Origin: Roseateles sp.
GTDB taxonomy: Bacteria > Pseudomonadota > Gammaproteobacteria > Burkholderiales > Burkholderiaceae_C
Reading direction: 5' to 3'
Assembly (NCBI GenBank): GCA_052436255.1
Contig: JBQVNP010000011.1
Span: forward strand, 3,572-67,571
Length of the DNA stretch: 64,000 nucleotides
Within the stretch, counting starts at the first letter, position 1. Each line of letters starts with the position of its first letter. Both the position numbers and the translations under genes were made by a program. Below, piece by piece: positions 35,633-45,760 of this stretch. The notes beneath the pieces were generated by a model. The model was not told the origin of the DNA. It was given only the letters and a program-made list of their open reading frames with translations, and ran no database searches.

Positions 35633-36739
35633 ATGACGGCCGAGGCCCTTGCAGGCGTCCTAGAGTCAATCGCCGTGGCGATCCGCGCGCTGCCTGCCGG
35701 GCCCGTGCAGATCGCACCGGCAGTGCAGCCGGCGCCAGCTCCGCCGCCTCCGCCGCCGGCTGCTCCGCTTCCACCGCCGCCGCCGCCACCGCCGGCACCG
35801 ACTGTCGAGCCGGCGCAACCCGCGCCCGAGACACCGGCCGGCATGACCATTGCGACCTGGCTGCCCACCTACCGTCAGATCATCAAGGACCGCGGCTACA
35901 ACCCGCAGACGATCCGCAACCGAGGCGCGGTGATCAAGTTCATCGAGACCAGCCTGGGGCCTCGCCCGCTGGCCGCGATCAAGCCGCACGAGATCACCAC
36001 GCTCCTGAAGACCTGCTCGCCGCACAAGGCCGTTCGAGTGCTGGGCGAGCTGCGCGACGTCTTCACGGAGGCCATCGCAAACAACGAGGCCGAGGGCAAC
36101 CCGGCCAGCCTGGTCAAGCCGCCGCGGGCGCCGGGCATCCGCAAGCGGCTCACGCTCGAGATTTGGCAGGACATGCTGCTGATGGCGTCGCTCGGCCAGC
36201 AGCGCTGGGTGATCGCAATGCTGTTGCTCGGTCTGCACACTGGCCAGCGCCGCGCCGACCTGGCCAAGATGCGGTTCGACGATGTCGTCGACGGCCGCCT
36301 CAGAGTGGAACAGCAAAAGAAGGCCGGCAAGCCCACGGGCGCTCGGCTGGCCATCCCGCTGTCTATCCGGCTGGAATGCACGGGCATGACCCTTGGCGAG
36401 GTCATCGAGTTCTGCGAGCGGATCGCCAAGCGGGGCGACACGCTGCTGCGGCAGGCGAGCGGCAAGCCCATCGAGATGTCCAGCCTGTCGGCGCGGTTCC
36501 ACGAGCTCATCGTCGCCGTGTGTGGCGAGGGCGCCTATCAGCAGTACGAATGGCCGTCGCTCCACGAGGTGCGGTCGCTGGCGGCCCGGACCTACATGCA
36601 CGAAGGCATGCCAGCCGAGACGGTGCAGACCCTGCTGGGGCACAAGGCGGCCGAGATGACTGCGATCTACCTGGACGACCGCGGCCTGTCGGCGAAGGAA
36701 TGGAAAACCGTCGAGGTGGCAGCGCCTGAAGCTGCCTAA
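35633..36739 (+). CDS. Lambda-Int-like tyrosine recombinase lacking the arm-binding domain
   Basis: TGQRRADL, EQQKK, SLHEVRSLAAR, LLGHK, AIYLDDRG match lambda Int R-K-HxxR-H-Y; N-terminus is a short helix plus poly-Pro. Confidence 0.92.
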   Translation: MTAEALAGVLESIAVAIRALPAGPVQIAPAVQPAPAPPPPPPAAPLPPPPPPPPAPTVEPAQPAPETPAGMTIATWLPTYRQIIKDRGYNPQTIRNRGAVIKFIETSLGPRPLAAIKPHEITTLLKTCSPHKAVRVLGELRDVFTEAIANNEAEGNPASLVKPPRAPGIRKRLTLEIWQDMLLMASLGQQRWVIAMLLLGLHTGQRRADLAKMRFDDVVDGRLRVEQQKKAGKPTGARLAIPLSIRLECTGMTLGEVIEFCERIAKRGDTLLRQASGKPIEMSSLSARFHELIVAVCGEGAYQQYEWPSLHEVRSLAARTYMHEGMPAETVQTLLGHKAAEMTAIYLDDRGLSAKEWKTVEVAAPEAA

Positions 36740-36754
36740 CTCTGAAGCACACAC

Positions 36755-37330
36755 ATGACCATCAAAACCATCACTCCCCCGTCGGAAGAACCGGTGACGG
36801 TGGCAGAGATGCGCGCGCAGTGCCGCATTGACGAGACAGCTGAGGACGATCTGCTGTCCGCCTACATCACGGCAGCGCGACTGATGTGCGAGCAGTTGAC
36901 CGGTCGCGTGCTGGTCACGCAGACCGTCGAACAGCCGCTTGACGCATTCCCGGCCGATGGCATCAAGCTGCTCGCACCGCCGGCGCAGTCCATCACCAGC
37001 GTCAAGTACGTCGATAGTTCAGGCGCTGAGCAGACGCTGGCGCCAGCGGGCTACGTCTTTGAGGCCGACTCCTATCCGGGTGGCTTGGTCATGCCGGCCG
37101 ATGCCGGGTGGCCGGATACCTACGACAAGGTCAACGCCGTGCGCGTGCGCTTCGTCGCCGGCTATGGAGATGCCGAAGCCGTCCCGGCGGCGCTCAAGGT
37201 CTGGATCATGGTCACGGCCAGCACGCTCTACGCCAACCGCGAGGCGGTAGATATGACCGGTCGCGTGCAGGCCCTGCCTGAGCGATTCATCGACCGCCTG
37301 CTCGATGCCTACAGGGTGTTCGGATCGTGA
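36755..37330 (+). CDS. Head-tail connector protein
   Basis: PPSEEPVTVAEMRAQCRID...YITAARLMCEQLTGR...VPAALKVWIM. Confidence 0.9.
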   Translation: MTIKTITPPSEEPVTVAEMRAQCRIDETAEDDLLSAYITAARLMCEQLTGRVLVTQTVEQPLDAFPADGIKLLAPPAQSITSVKYVDSSGAEQTLAPAGYVFEADSYPGGLVMPADAGWPDTYDKVNAVRVRFVAGYGDAEAVPAALKVWIMVTASTLYANREAVDMTGRVQALPERFIDRLLDAYRVFGS

Positions 37331-37644
37331 GCGCAGGCGCCTACAACCGTCGCGTCTCGCTGCAGCAGCCCGTGTCCACGCAGGACGCGCTTGGCCAGCC
37401 GGTGCCTGGGTGGACGGAAGTCGCCCCGCTGTGGGCAAGCATCCGCCACCTCAACGGCATGGAGTCCATCAAGGCCGACGCCAATATCAGCACCGTGCGC
37501 GCGAGCGTCCGCCTGCGTTACCGGACCGGTGTCACTGCCGGAATGCGCATCGTCCACGGCAGCACCGTCTACCTGGTGCGCGCCGTGCTGCCGGACGAGG
37601 CGACCCGTCAATGGGTCGACCTCGCCTGCGAGGTCGTCTCGTGA
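37327..37644 (+). CDS. Head closure/head-tail adaptor
   Basis: MSAGAYNRRVSLQQP...QDALGQP...LWASI. Confidence 0.9.
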   Translation: MSAGAYNRRVSLQQPVSTQDALGQPVPGWTEVAPLWASIRHLNGMESIKADANISTVRASVRLRYRTGVTAGMRIVHGSTVYLVRAVLPDEATRQWVDLACEVVS

Positions 37645-38183
37645 GCGGCTTCAGCATCGCCCTCACCACCGCCGACCTCGGGCTCGACGCGCTGGGCGTC
37701 GAGAGCCTGGCGGCCGTGCGGCCGGCTGCGCAGGCCGGATCGCAGGTGCTCTATGACGCGGTCAAGGCCAACGTTGCCCGCCTGCGCCGCAAGACCGGCA
37801 ATCTGGACAACTCGATCTACCAAGCCTACGCCGACACCGAGAGCAGCGCCAACCGGGCCGTCTACCGCATCAGCTGGAACAAGCGCAAAGCGCCCCACGG
37901 CCACCTGGTGGAGTTCGGCTACTTCCAGCGCTACGAGATCGCACGCGACGCGCGGGGCCGCATGTTCCCGATGGTGCGCCCGGAGATGCGCGACCAGCCC
38001 AAGCCGAAGAAGAGCGCGCCGCAATCCGTGAAAGACGCGTACTACGTCCTGCGCTCCGGCGGCCCGAAGCAGATCCCGGCCAAAGCCTTTGTGCGCGGCG
38101 CAGCGTCGAAGGCCGGCCTGGCGCAAGACGCCATGCGCGACAGATTCTTCGCCGAGTTGAAGGCCAAGGGCCTCATCAAATGA
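37641..38183 (+). CDS. HK97 gp10-like tail completion protein
   Basis: RKTGNLDNSI...APHGHLVEFG...PAKAFVR; GTG start. Confidence 0.85.
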   Translation: MSGFSIALTTADLGLDALGVESLAAVRPAAQAGSQVLYDAVKANVARLRRKTGNLDNSIYQAYADTESSANRAVYRISWNKRKAPHGHLVEFGYFQRYEIARDARGRMFPMVRPEMRDQPKPKKSAPQSVKDAYYVLRSGGPKQIPAKAFVRGAASKAGLAQDAMRDRFFAELKAKGLIK

Positions 38184-38533
38184 CCATGGAAGCCGCCCTC
38201 ACCACGCTGCTGGCCGCCGTGTGCCCGCGCGTCTATCCCGACGTCGCCCCGCCCGGCGCAGCGGCGCCCTACATCACCTACCAGCACATCGGCGGCACGC
38301 CGTTGCGCTACGTCGAAGGCTCGGCCTCAAACCTGCGGCACAGCATGGTCCAGATCAACAGCTGGGCCGCCACGCGCGCCGAGGCACTGGCCATCGCGCG
38401 CGGCGTTGAGGACGCGCTCAGCACCGCGGGGACGCTGACCGCGCGCCCTGACTCCGAGCCCATTGGCGACGTCGACGACACCACCGACCGCCGCAGCTGC
38501 TTGCAGGACTTCTCCATCTGGAGCGCCCGCTGA
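38180..38533 (+). CDS. Tail terminator (DUF3168-like)
   Basis: VYPDVAP...PYITYQHIGG...VQINSWA. Confidence 0.85.
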   Translation: MTMEAALTTLLAAVCPRVYPDVAPPGAAAPYITYQHIGGTPLRYVEGSASNLRHSMVQINSWAATRAEALAIARGVEDALSTAGTLTARPDSEPIGDVDDTTDRRSCLQDFSIWSAR

Positions 38534-38572
38534 CCGATTGACGCCTGGCCCACCAAGGGCCGCGCCACCCAA

Positions 38573-38651
38573 CACCCGCCCGGGTCAAACCGAGGCGGGT
38601 TTTTTGCGCCCGATGAGGGCACCAACCCGGCCCGCAGTAGCGGGCCTTTTT
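38573..38651 (+). terminator. Two tandem intrinsic terminators
   Basis: ACCCGCC...GGCGGGTTTTTT and GGCCCGC-AGTA-GCGGGCCTTTTT. Confidence 0.7.
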
Positions 38652-38671
38652 GCATCTGAAAGGCCCTCACC

Positions 38672-39325
38672 ATGGCTAGCGTACCTACCGGCACCACCTT
38701 CCACATCGCCTCGGCGTTTGGCTCTGCACTGACCACCAGTGCTGCCAGCAATGCCGCCGAGTGCGTCCTCAGCATGGCCAGCACCACCGGTCTGGCCAAC
38801 GGCGACTTCGTCGAGGTCACCAGCGGCTGGGGGCGCCTGAACAAGCGCGCTGCGCGCATCAAGTCGGTTGTGCTGAACACGTCGATCACCCTCGAAGGGA
38901 TCGACACCTCCAGCACCACCTACTTCACCGCCGGCGCCGGCACCGGCAGCGTTCGCAAGGTGACGACGTTCACGCAGATCACCCAGGTGACTGCCGTGTC
39001 CAGCAGCGGTGGTGATCCCGTCACGGTCGACTACAAGTACATCGAGAGCGATGTCAGGTATTCGATCAACGACGGCTTCAACGCCACCAGCTACACGCTC
39101 ACGCTGGACGCCGACTCCATCGCCACCGCTGGCTACATCGCGCTGAAGGCGCTGACCGATGTCCAGACCGACACCATCCTGCGCATCAACAAGCGCAGCG
39201 GCGCGATCAACCTGGTGCCTTGCACTTGCGCGCTGAACGAGTCGGACTCCATGAACGACGGCCAGATCACCACGGTGACGGCTTCGTTCAACGGCAACAA
39301 CCGAGCCACTAAGTACAGCGCCTGA
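38672..39325 (+). CDS. Major tail tube protein
   Basis: MASVPTGTTFHIAS...GDFVEVTSGWGRLN...; position after terminator protein. Confidence 0.88.
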   Translation: MASVPTGTTFHIASAFGSALTTSAASNAAECVLSMASTTGLANGDFVEVTSGWGRLNKRAARIKSVVLNTSITLEGIDTSSTTYFTAGAGTGSVRKVTTFTQITQVTAVSSSGGDPVTVDYKYIESDVRYSINDGFNATSYTLTLDADSIATAGYIALKALTDVQTDTILRINKRSGAINLVPCTCALNESDSMNDGQITTVTASFNGNNRATKYSA

Positions 39326-39437
39326 TCGCAGCGCCTGCTGGCGCTCAACCCTTGCACCGACCCGGTCCTGGTTCTTCTCCTTCGCGGGGGAAGGCCAGGC
39401 CGGGCACGGGCTTTTCTTCACCCCGCGAAAGAACCCC

Positions 39438-39809
39438 ATGTCCAAGATCACCCTCGGCAAGCCGCCCAAGACCTTCGCCCCCGTCAACGTCAAGTTCGAA
39501 CTGCCGTCTGGCGGCGAGGGCGTCATCGAGTGCGTCTTCAAGTACCGCAGTCGCAAGGCTTTCGGCGAGTTCCTCGTCGGCACATTCAACGTCGACGAGT
39601 CGGCCGGCACGCTGGACCTGGCGCAAGTCATGGCCGCGGCCGTCGACAAGAGCGGCTCATACCTAGCCGACGTGCTCGACAGCTGGAGCCTCGACGAGAA
39701 GCTGACCGAAGAGACCGCCGCCCAGCTGGCCGACGAAGTGCCCGCCGCAGCGCGCGCCATCATGGAGGCGTACAGCCGCGCTGTCACCGAAGGCCGCTTG
39801 GGAAACTGA
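39438..39809 (+). CDS. Tail assembly chaperone (gpG-like)
   Basis: Between tube and tape-measure genes; ends in GGGAAAC-TGA. Confidence 0.85.
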   Translation: MSKITLGKPPKTFAPVNVKFELPSGGEGVIECVFKYRSRKAFGEFLVGTFNVDESAGTLDLAQVMAAAVDKSGSYLADVLDSWSLDEKLTEETAAQLADEVPAAARAIMEAYSRAVTEGRLGN

Positions 39810-40123
39810 CCCAGGCCGCCCGCGCGGTCTACCTGCGCGAGAAGCCGGGCGGCATGGTCGGCGAGTTGTTCGACGCCGCCGACTACGGCTTGGACCACGT
39901 TGAACTGTGGCCAGAGAACTGGCTGCCCTGGCGCCTCTTCTGCGATATGGGCACCCAGTGGCGGATCAGCATGAACGGCCCCACGGGGCTCGACTACCTG
40001 CCGCTGTTCCGCCTGCTCGACCAAGAGCAGCTGAGCGCCGACGACTGGCGCGACACCTTCGACTGCGTGCGGGCCCTGGAGGGCGCCGCGCTCGATCAGA
40101 TGCGCCTCAACGGCGCTGAGTGA
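39800..40123 (+). CDS. Tail chaperone -1 frameshift extension (gpT-like, DUF1799-like)
   Basis: Slippery G GGA AAC at 39800-39806; -1 frame reads ...WPENWLPWRLFCDMGTQWR...GLDY. Confidence 0.8.
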   Translation, partial: GKLTQAARAVYLREKPGGMVGELFDAADYGLDHVELWPENWLPWRLFCDMGTQWRISMNGPTGLDYLPLFRLLDQEQLSADDWRDTFDCVRALEGAALDQMRLNGAE

Positions 40124-40135
40124 AAGCCCCCACCC

Positions 40136-43100
40136 ATGACCGAAAACACCCGTGAGGTAGAGCTCAAGGCCACCATGGACGCCACTGGCGTTCGTGCCGG
40201 CGTTGAGCAGGCCAAGACGGCGCTGGGTGACCTCGGCCGGACAGCAGAGCGCGAAGGGACCAAGGCCGGCGCCGGCGTGGAGAAGGCTGGCGACGGCGCC
40301 GGCAAGGCCGCGACCAAGATCGAGCGCGAAACCCGATCAATGATCGCGAGCATTGAGCGGGCCACGGCTGCGTTCAAGGCCGGCGAGAAGGGAGGCGCCA
40401 GCTACTTCGAAGCCCTGGCCGCCCAGCGCGGCGTCAGTGGCGACGCGCTCAAGCCCTACCTGGAGCAGTTGCGCCAAGCCGAGGCCGCCCAGAAGGCCGC
40501 CACCAAGGGCCTGGGCACGATGGAGATCAGTGCCAAGCAGACCGCGGCCGCGCTGCGGGGCGTGCCGGCGCAGTTCACCGACATCATCACCAGCCTGCAA
40601 GGCGGCCAGGCCCCGCTCACGGTGTTCCTGCAGCAGGGCGGCCAGCTCAAAGACATGTTCGGCGGCGCAGGCAACGCGGCGCGCGCTCTGGGCGGCTTCG
40701 TCGCCGGCCTGGTGACCCCTTTCACTCTTGCAGCAGCCGCCGTCGGCGGGCTTGCCGTTGCCTACTTCAAGGGTGCGAAGGAAGGTGAGGCCTTCAACCG
40801 CACGCTGATCCTGACCGGCAACGCTGCTGGCGTCACGGCGATGCAGTTGAGTGGCATCGCGGCCAGCATCTCGAGCTTCGGCGTCACGCAAGGTGCGGCT
40901 GCTGCGGCGCTTAACCAGCTGGCCGAGACCGGCAAGGTGGGCGCCGACAACCTGGGCCGGTTCGCCGCAGCTGCAGTGCAACTGGAGCGCGTCGGCGGCC
41001 CGGCCGTTGAAGAGACGGTGAAGGCTTTCGCCGAACTGGGCAAAGCGCCCCTGCAGGCTGCGCTCAAGCTGAACGACACCACCAACTTCCTGACGGTGTC
41101 GCTGTACCAGCAGATCAAGGCGCTGGAAGAGCAAGGCCGGGCCACGGAGGCGGCGAAGGTCGCCCAAGAGGCCTTTGCAGCCGTCATCGAAGATCGCTTC
41201 CCTAAGCTGGAAGCGAACCTCGGGTTAATCGAGCGCCGCTGGCTCGCCATCAAAGATGCGATCAAGGGCGCGGCCGACCAAGCGCTAAACATCGGCCGGC
41301 CTGAAACGCTTGACGAGCTGCAGCGCAAGCTGTTCGATCTTCAGACGTCGCGCAGCGAAGCCAGCGGCAACGGCTTCTTCACTGGCACTCGCCGGACCAG
41401 TGTCGTGCTGGCCGAGTTGGATCGCGAGATCGCGGCCGTGAGCAAGAAGACGGCCGAGATGCTGAAGCAGCAGGGCATCGGCGACGTGCTGGCCCAGCAG
41501 CAGGCCGACACCCTCAAGTCTGTTCAGGCAGGCAACGAGTTCGCCAAGATAGCCGAGCAGAGCCTGGACAAGCAGGCCAAACTCGCGCTGGAAATCTCCC
41601 GCATCGAGAACATCGGCTTGGCCGCCGGAAAGAGCCGGGCTGAGATCGAGACACAGATCGCCGCTGCCCGGTCCAAGGCTGCCGACAAGGGCGATGCCAC
41701 CGCGGCCGCCCGCGCGCTGGAGCAACAGGCCGCGCTGCTGGAGCGACTGGCCGGCTTGAGCGGCACCTACGCGCAAGACCTGCAACGGCTGCAAGCCGTG
41801 AGGCAGCGGACCAACCAGAGCGACGCGGATTACGTCGCCCTCGTCACCGAGTTGATCGCCAAGCAACCGTTCGCCGTCGCGCTGGCCAAGCAGCAAGCCG
41901 AGGCCTTCAAGCAAGTCGCCGACGCCGAAGACCGCGGCCTGGACATCCGGGAGAAGTACCTCGCGTCGCTCAACCAAAGCGCCGCCTCCGTCGGTAAGCA
42001 GGTCCAGGCGCTGAAGGATGAGGCCGAGGCCGCGCTGATTGCAGCGGCAGGCCAGGTCAGCCTTGCCCAGGCGATGGAGCAGGTTGCCATCGCTCGCCTG
42101 CAGGAGCGGCAGCGCGCCGCGAAGGGGGACGACAGCGCAATCGCGGCGCTGCAGCGCGAGATCGACAAGCGGCGGGAACTGGTCGGCCTCATTGGCGGCA
42201 AGGAAGCCCGCAAGGCCGCCGAGGACGCCAGCAAAGAACTGGACAAGTACCTGGATCCGTCGCGCGCGGAGAGCTTCGGCGAAGCGCTGACCCGAGCCTT
42301 CGACGGTGCCGGCAACAGCCTGGCACGGCTCAGCAATTCGCTGCAGCTCTACTCCCGTCAGCAGGTCGACATCGGGAAGCAGCAGGCCTTGGTCAACGCT
42401 TCGAATGACCCTGCCAAGAAGCTACGCGCGCAGATCAAGATCAACGAGGACGCCCAGAAGTCGACCATCGGCCTCTACGCCGGCATGGCCGGCGCGGCCA
42501 AGGGCTTCTTCAGTGAGGGCACCAAGGGCTATAAGGCGCTGGAGGCTGCTGAGACGGCCTTCCGCGCCTACCAGCTGGCCAGCGACCTGGTGAAGGGCGC
42601 CAGCGCCGCGGCGGTGGCCATTGCGAGCCAGGGTCAGGGCGACCCTTACACCGCGTTCCCGCGCATGGCGGCGATGGCTGCCGCGATGGCGGCGCTGGGC
42701 TTCGCGGTCACCGGCGGATTCGCCAGCGGCCCTTCTGGCGGCGGCGACGGTGCGCCGGTGGCCACTGGCAAGGGCACGGTCTTCGGCGATGCCAACGCGC
42801 TCAGCGAAAGCATCTCCCGCTCGACCGACCGCCTGTCGGAGACGGCAAGCCTGCAGCTATCCACCCAGAGCGGCATGCTGGCCAGCCTGCGCAGCATCGA
42901 GAACAACATCGGCGGCATCACCGGCCTGGTGCTGCGCGGCCAAGAATCGCAAGGCTCAGCCGGCGAGCGCTTCGGCATCAACGAGGGCACGCGCACAAGC
43001 GGCATAGGCAGCGTTTTCGGCTCGGTCACTCCCATCGGCTTGGTGGACAAGTTGCTGTTTGGCGGCCGCATCACCAACGCCCTGTTCGGCAAGAAGACGA

Positions 43101-45760
43101 CCATCACCGGCAACGGCCTGTTCGCAGACCAGCAGTCGCTGCAAAGCATCATCGGCGGCGGGCTCAACCTGCAGGACTACGTCGACGTCAACAGCACGAA
43201 GAAGTTCTTCGGTATCAAGGTCAGCAACAAGAACAGCACCCAGTATTCGCCGGCAGATGCCCAGCTGCAGCAGCAGTTCGGCCAGGTGTTCAAGGACATC
43301 TACTCGACCATCCTGCAGGCCTCCGATCCGCTCGACCTCGCCTTCGACCAGGTCAAGGCCAAGCTTGACGCCTTCGTGGTCGACATCGGCAAGATCGACC
43401 TCAAGGGCCTGACCGGCGAGCAGATCTCCGAGAAGCTCGCCGCGGTGCTGGGTGCGGCCAGCGACAACATCGCCACCGCGGCCATTCCCGGCCTGCAGGC
43501 CTTCCAGAACGTGGGCGAGGGCTACTTCGAGACGGTCATCCGCGTGGCCTCTGGCATCGAGACGGCCGAGGCTGCGCTCGAACTGCTCGGCGTCAGCGCC
43601 ATCAAGTTCAACGACATCGCGCTCAAGCAGGGCGATGTGGCCGCCGAGATCGTGCGCGGCTCCATCGCCAAGGCTGAGACGGTGGCCGGCCAGGTCATCA
43701 CGCTGTTGGGCCGCGAGATCACCCTGCCCAAGCTCTCTTCGGTCGGCCAGATCATCTCCAACCTCGACGGCAGCGCCGAGGAGCTGGCCTCGGCCTACAG
43801 CTCGCTGGTCGACGTGCGCGATGTGCTGATCTCCATCGGCGCCAGCGGCGAGAGCCTGACCACGGCCATGATCCGCGGCGCCGGCGGCCTGGACCAGCTG
43901 CAGACGGGGCTGTCCGACTACCTCGACAACTTCTTCACCGAGGCCGAGCGCACCGCCGCCGGCCGCACGCGTCTGCAGGGCCAGTTCGACCGCCTGGGCC
44001 TGGGCGAGCTGCCGCAAACCCGCGAGGCCTTCCGCGAACTCGTCACCGGCATCAACACCAGCACCGAGTCGGGCCAGAAGCTGTTCGCGCAGCTGGTGGG
44101 CCTGTCGGGCGCCTTCGCCGAGCTGGTGCCGGCCGTCGAGTCGGTCGCTGACACCACGGCCGAGACGATGCGGCGCCTAACGCAGAGCTACGGTGACAGC
44201 CGCGCGCAGTTGGAGATCGAGCTGCAGCGCGCGCTTGGCGACGAAACCGGGGCCCGCGCCCGCGAGCGTGCCCTGCAGCTGGCGCGTGACTCGGTCGGTC
44301 TGTCGCCGGCAGACGCCGAGGCTCTGGCCGGCCTCTACGACTACAACCGCGCGCTGCGCGACCAGATCGACGCCGCGCGCGCCGCGGTGGAAGCTCAGAA
44401 GGCCATCGAGGCAGCGCAGAAGAGCGCCGCCGAGGCCGCCATGCGCGCAGCCGAAGCGCTGCAGCGCACCTTTGACGATTTGGCAGGCACCCGCTTTGAC
44501 CTAGAGAACGAGTTGCTGACCCAGCAGGGCCGGCCCGAGGACGTGCTGCGCCGCACCCGCGAGCGAGACCTTGGACAGCTCACAGGCGGCCTCACGCCCG
44601 AGGACGCGGCGCGAGTCGCAGCGGCCTACGATTTCAACGCCGCGTTGCGCCAGCAGATCGATGCGATGGTCGCGGCCAAGACTGCGGCGGAGCAGGCCGC
44701 GCAGGCAGAGGCACAGCGTGCCGCCGATGAGCAGCAGCGGCTAGCCGGCGTCGCGCAGCAGCGCGAGGGGCTTGAAGGCCGGCTGCTGCAGCTGCAGGGC
44801 GATACGGCCGCGCTGCGCGCACGCGAACTGCTCGGAATCGATGAATCGAACCGTGCCATTCTGGAGCGCATCTTCGCGCTTGAGGATGAACAGGCCGCCG
44901 CGAGCCTTGCAGCGCAGGCGGCCCGGGATCTTGAGGCGGCAACCAAGGCCGCAGCCGACGCCGAATCTGAGCGCTTGCGTGGCATCGCCAGCGAGCGCGA
45001 CAACCTCGTCGGCCGGCTGCTGCAGGCCCAGGGCAACACGGCGGCGATTCGTGAGCGTGAGCTGGCCGCGCTCGACGCCAGCAACCGATTCATCCTGGAG
45101 CAGATCTTCGCGCTTGAGGATCAGCGCGCCGCCAATGAAGCCGCTACCCAGGCCGCCCAAGAAGCGGCCCGCGCCGCAGAGCAGCTGCGCAGCGCCTGGC
45201 AGTCGGTTACCGACACCATCTTCGACGAGGTCAAACGCATTCGCGACCTCATGGGCGGCGACTCGGCGCAGAGCCTGGCCAGCGCTCAAGCGCAGTTCGC
45301 CATCACGACCGCACAGGCGCGCGCAGGCGACCAAGAGGCCGCGAAGCTGCTGCCCAGCCTGAGCCAGACGCTGTTGCAGTTGGCCGAGCAAAGCGCCACC
45401 AGCCTGCTGGACGTCGAGCGCATTCGCGCACAGGTGGCGGCGAGCCTGGAGCAGACCGGCGGCAGTCTCGTCGCCCGGTTCGGTCTCTCCGCGCCGCGCT
45501 TGTCCACCGGCACCAACTACGTGCCGCAGGACATGCTGGCTGTCATCCACAAAGGCGAAGCCGTGGTGCCGCGGCAGTTCAACCCGGCGGCATCCGGTGC
45601 AGCGGGCGGCAAAGACCGTGCGGCCGCCTCCATCGACGCAATGCGTGAAGAGAACAAGGCGCAAGCCCTTGCCATCGTGAAGCTCCAAACCGAGATCGCC
45701 AAGCTGCTGCGCAAGTGGGACGGCGAAGGCGTCCCAGAAGAAAGGTCGGTCGCGGCATGA
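40136..45760 (+). CDS. Tape measure protein (1874 aa)
   Basis: QFTDIITSLQGGQAPLTVFLQQGGQLKDMFG lambda-type N-terminus; long Ala-rich helices; GTNYVP..MLA.IHKGEAVVP C-terminus. Confidence 0.95.
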   Translation: MTENTREVELKATMDATGVRAGVEQAKTALGDLGRTAEREGTKAGAGVEKAGDGAGKAATKIERETRSMIASIERATAAFKAGEKGGASYFEALAAQRGVSGDALKPYLEQLRQAEAAQKAATKGLGTMEISAKQTAAALRGVPAQFTDIITSLQGGQAPLTVFLQQGGQLKDMFGGAGNAARALGGFVAGLVTPFTLAAAAVGGLAVAYFKGAKEGEAFNRTLILTGNAAGVTAMQLSGIAASISSFGVTQGAAAAALNQLAETGKVGADNLGRFAAAAVQLERVGGPAVEETVKAFAELGKAPLQAALKLNDTTNFLTVSLYQQIKALEEQGRATEAAKVAQEAFAAVIEDRFPKLEANLGLIERRWLAIKDAIKGAADQALNIGRPETLDELQRKLFDLQTSRSEASGNGFFTGTRRTSVVLAELDREIAAVSKKTAEMLKQQGIGDVLAQQQADTLKSVQAGNEFAKIAEQSLDKQAKLALEISRIENIGLAAGKSRAEIETQIAAARSKAADKGDATAAARALEQQAALLERLAGLSGTYAQDLQRLQAVRQRTNQSDADYVALVTELIAKQPFAVALAKQQAEAFKQVADAEDRGLDIREKYLASLNQSAASVGKQVQALKDEAEAALIAAAGQVSLAQAMEQVAIARLQERQRAAKGDDSAIAALQREIDKRRELVGLIGGKEARKAAEDASKELDKYLDPSRAESFGEALTRAFDGAGNSLARLSNSLQLYSRQQVDIGKQQALVNASNDPAKKLRAQIKINEDAQKSTIGLYAGMAGAAKGFFSEGTKGYKALEAAETAFRAYQLASDLVKGASAAAVAIASQGQGDPYTAFPRMAAMAAAMAALGFAVTGGFASGPSGGGDGAPVATGKGTVFGDANALSESISRSTDRLSETASLQLSTQSGMLASLRSIENNIGGITGLVLRGQESQGSAGERFGINEGTRTSGIGSVFGSVTPIGLVDKLLFGGRITNALFGKKTTITGNGLFADQQSLQSIIGGGLNLQDYVDVNSTKKFFGIKVSNKNSTQYSPADAQLQQQFGQVFKDIYSTILQASDPLDLAFDQVKAKLDAFVVDIGKIDLKGLTGEQISEKLAAVLGAASDNIATAAIPGLQAFQNVGEGYFETVIRVASGIETAEAALELLGVSAIKFNDIALKQGDVAAEIVRGSIAKAETVAGQVITLLGREITLPKLSSVGQIISNLDGSAEELASAYSSLVDVRDVLISIGASGESLTTAMIRGAGGLDQLQTGLSDYLDNFFTEAERTAAGRTRLQGQFDRLGLGELPQTREAFRELVTGINTSTESGQKLFAQLVGLSGAFAELVPAVESVADTTAETMRRLTQSYGDSRAQLEIELQRALGDETGARARERALQLARDSVGLSPADAEALAGLYDYNRALRDQIDAARAAVEAQKAIEAAQKSAAEAAMRAAEALQRTFDDLAGTRFDLENELLTQQGRPEDVLRRTRERDLGQLTGGLTPEDAARVAAAYDFNAALRQQIDAMVAAKTAAEQAAQAEAQRAADEQQRLAGVAQQREGLEGRLLQLQGDTAALRARELLGIDESNRAILERIFALEDEQAAASLAAQAARDLEAATKAAADAESERLRGIASERDNLVGRLLQAQGNTAAIRERELAALDASNRFILEQIFALEDQRAANEAATQAAQEAARAAEQLRSAWQSVTDTIFDEVKRIRDLMGGDSAQSLASAQAQFAITTAQARAGDQEAAKLLPSLSQTLLQLAEQSATSLLDVERIRAQVAASLEQTGGSLVARFGLSAPRLSTGTNYVPQDMLAVIHKGEAVVPRQFNPAASGAAGGKDRAAASIDAMREENKAQALAIVKLQTEIAKLLRKWDGEGVPEERSVAA

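Noticed and set aside
35700-35835. GCC/CCG low-complexity repeat as a DNA element
   Set aside because: Explained as the coding sequence of the in-frame poly-proline linker
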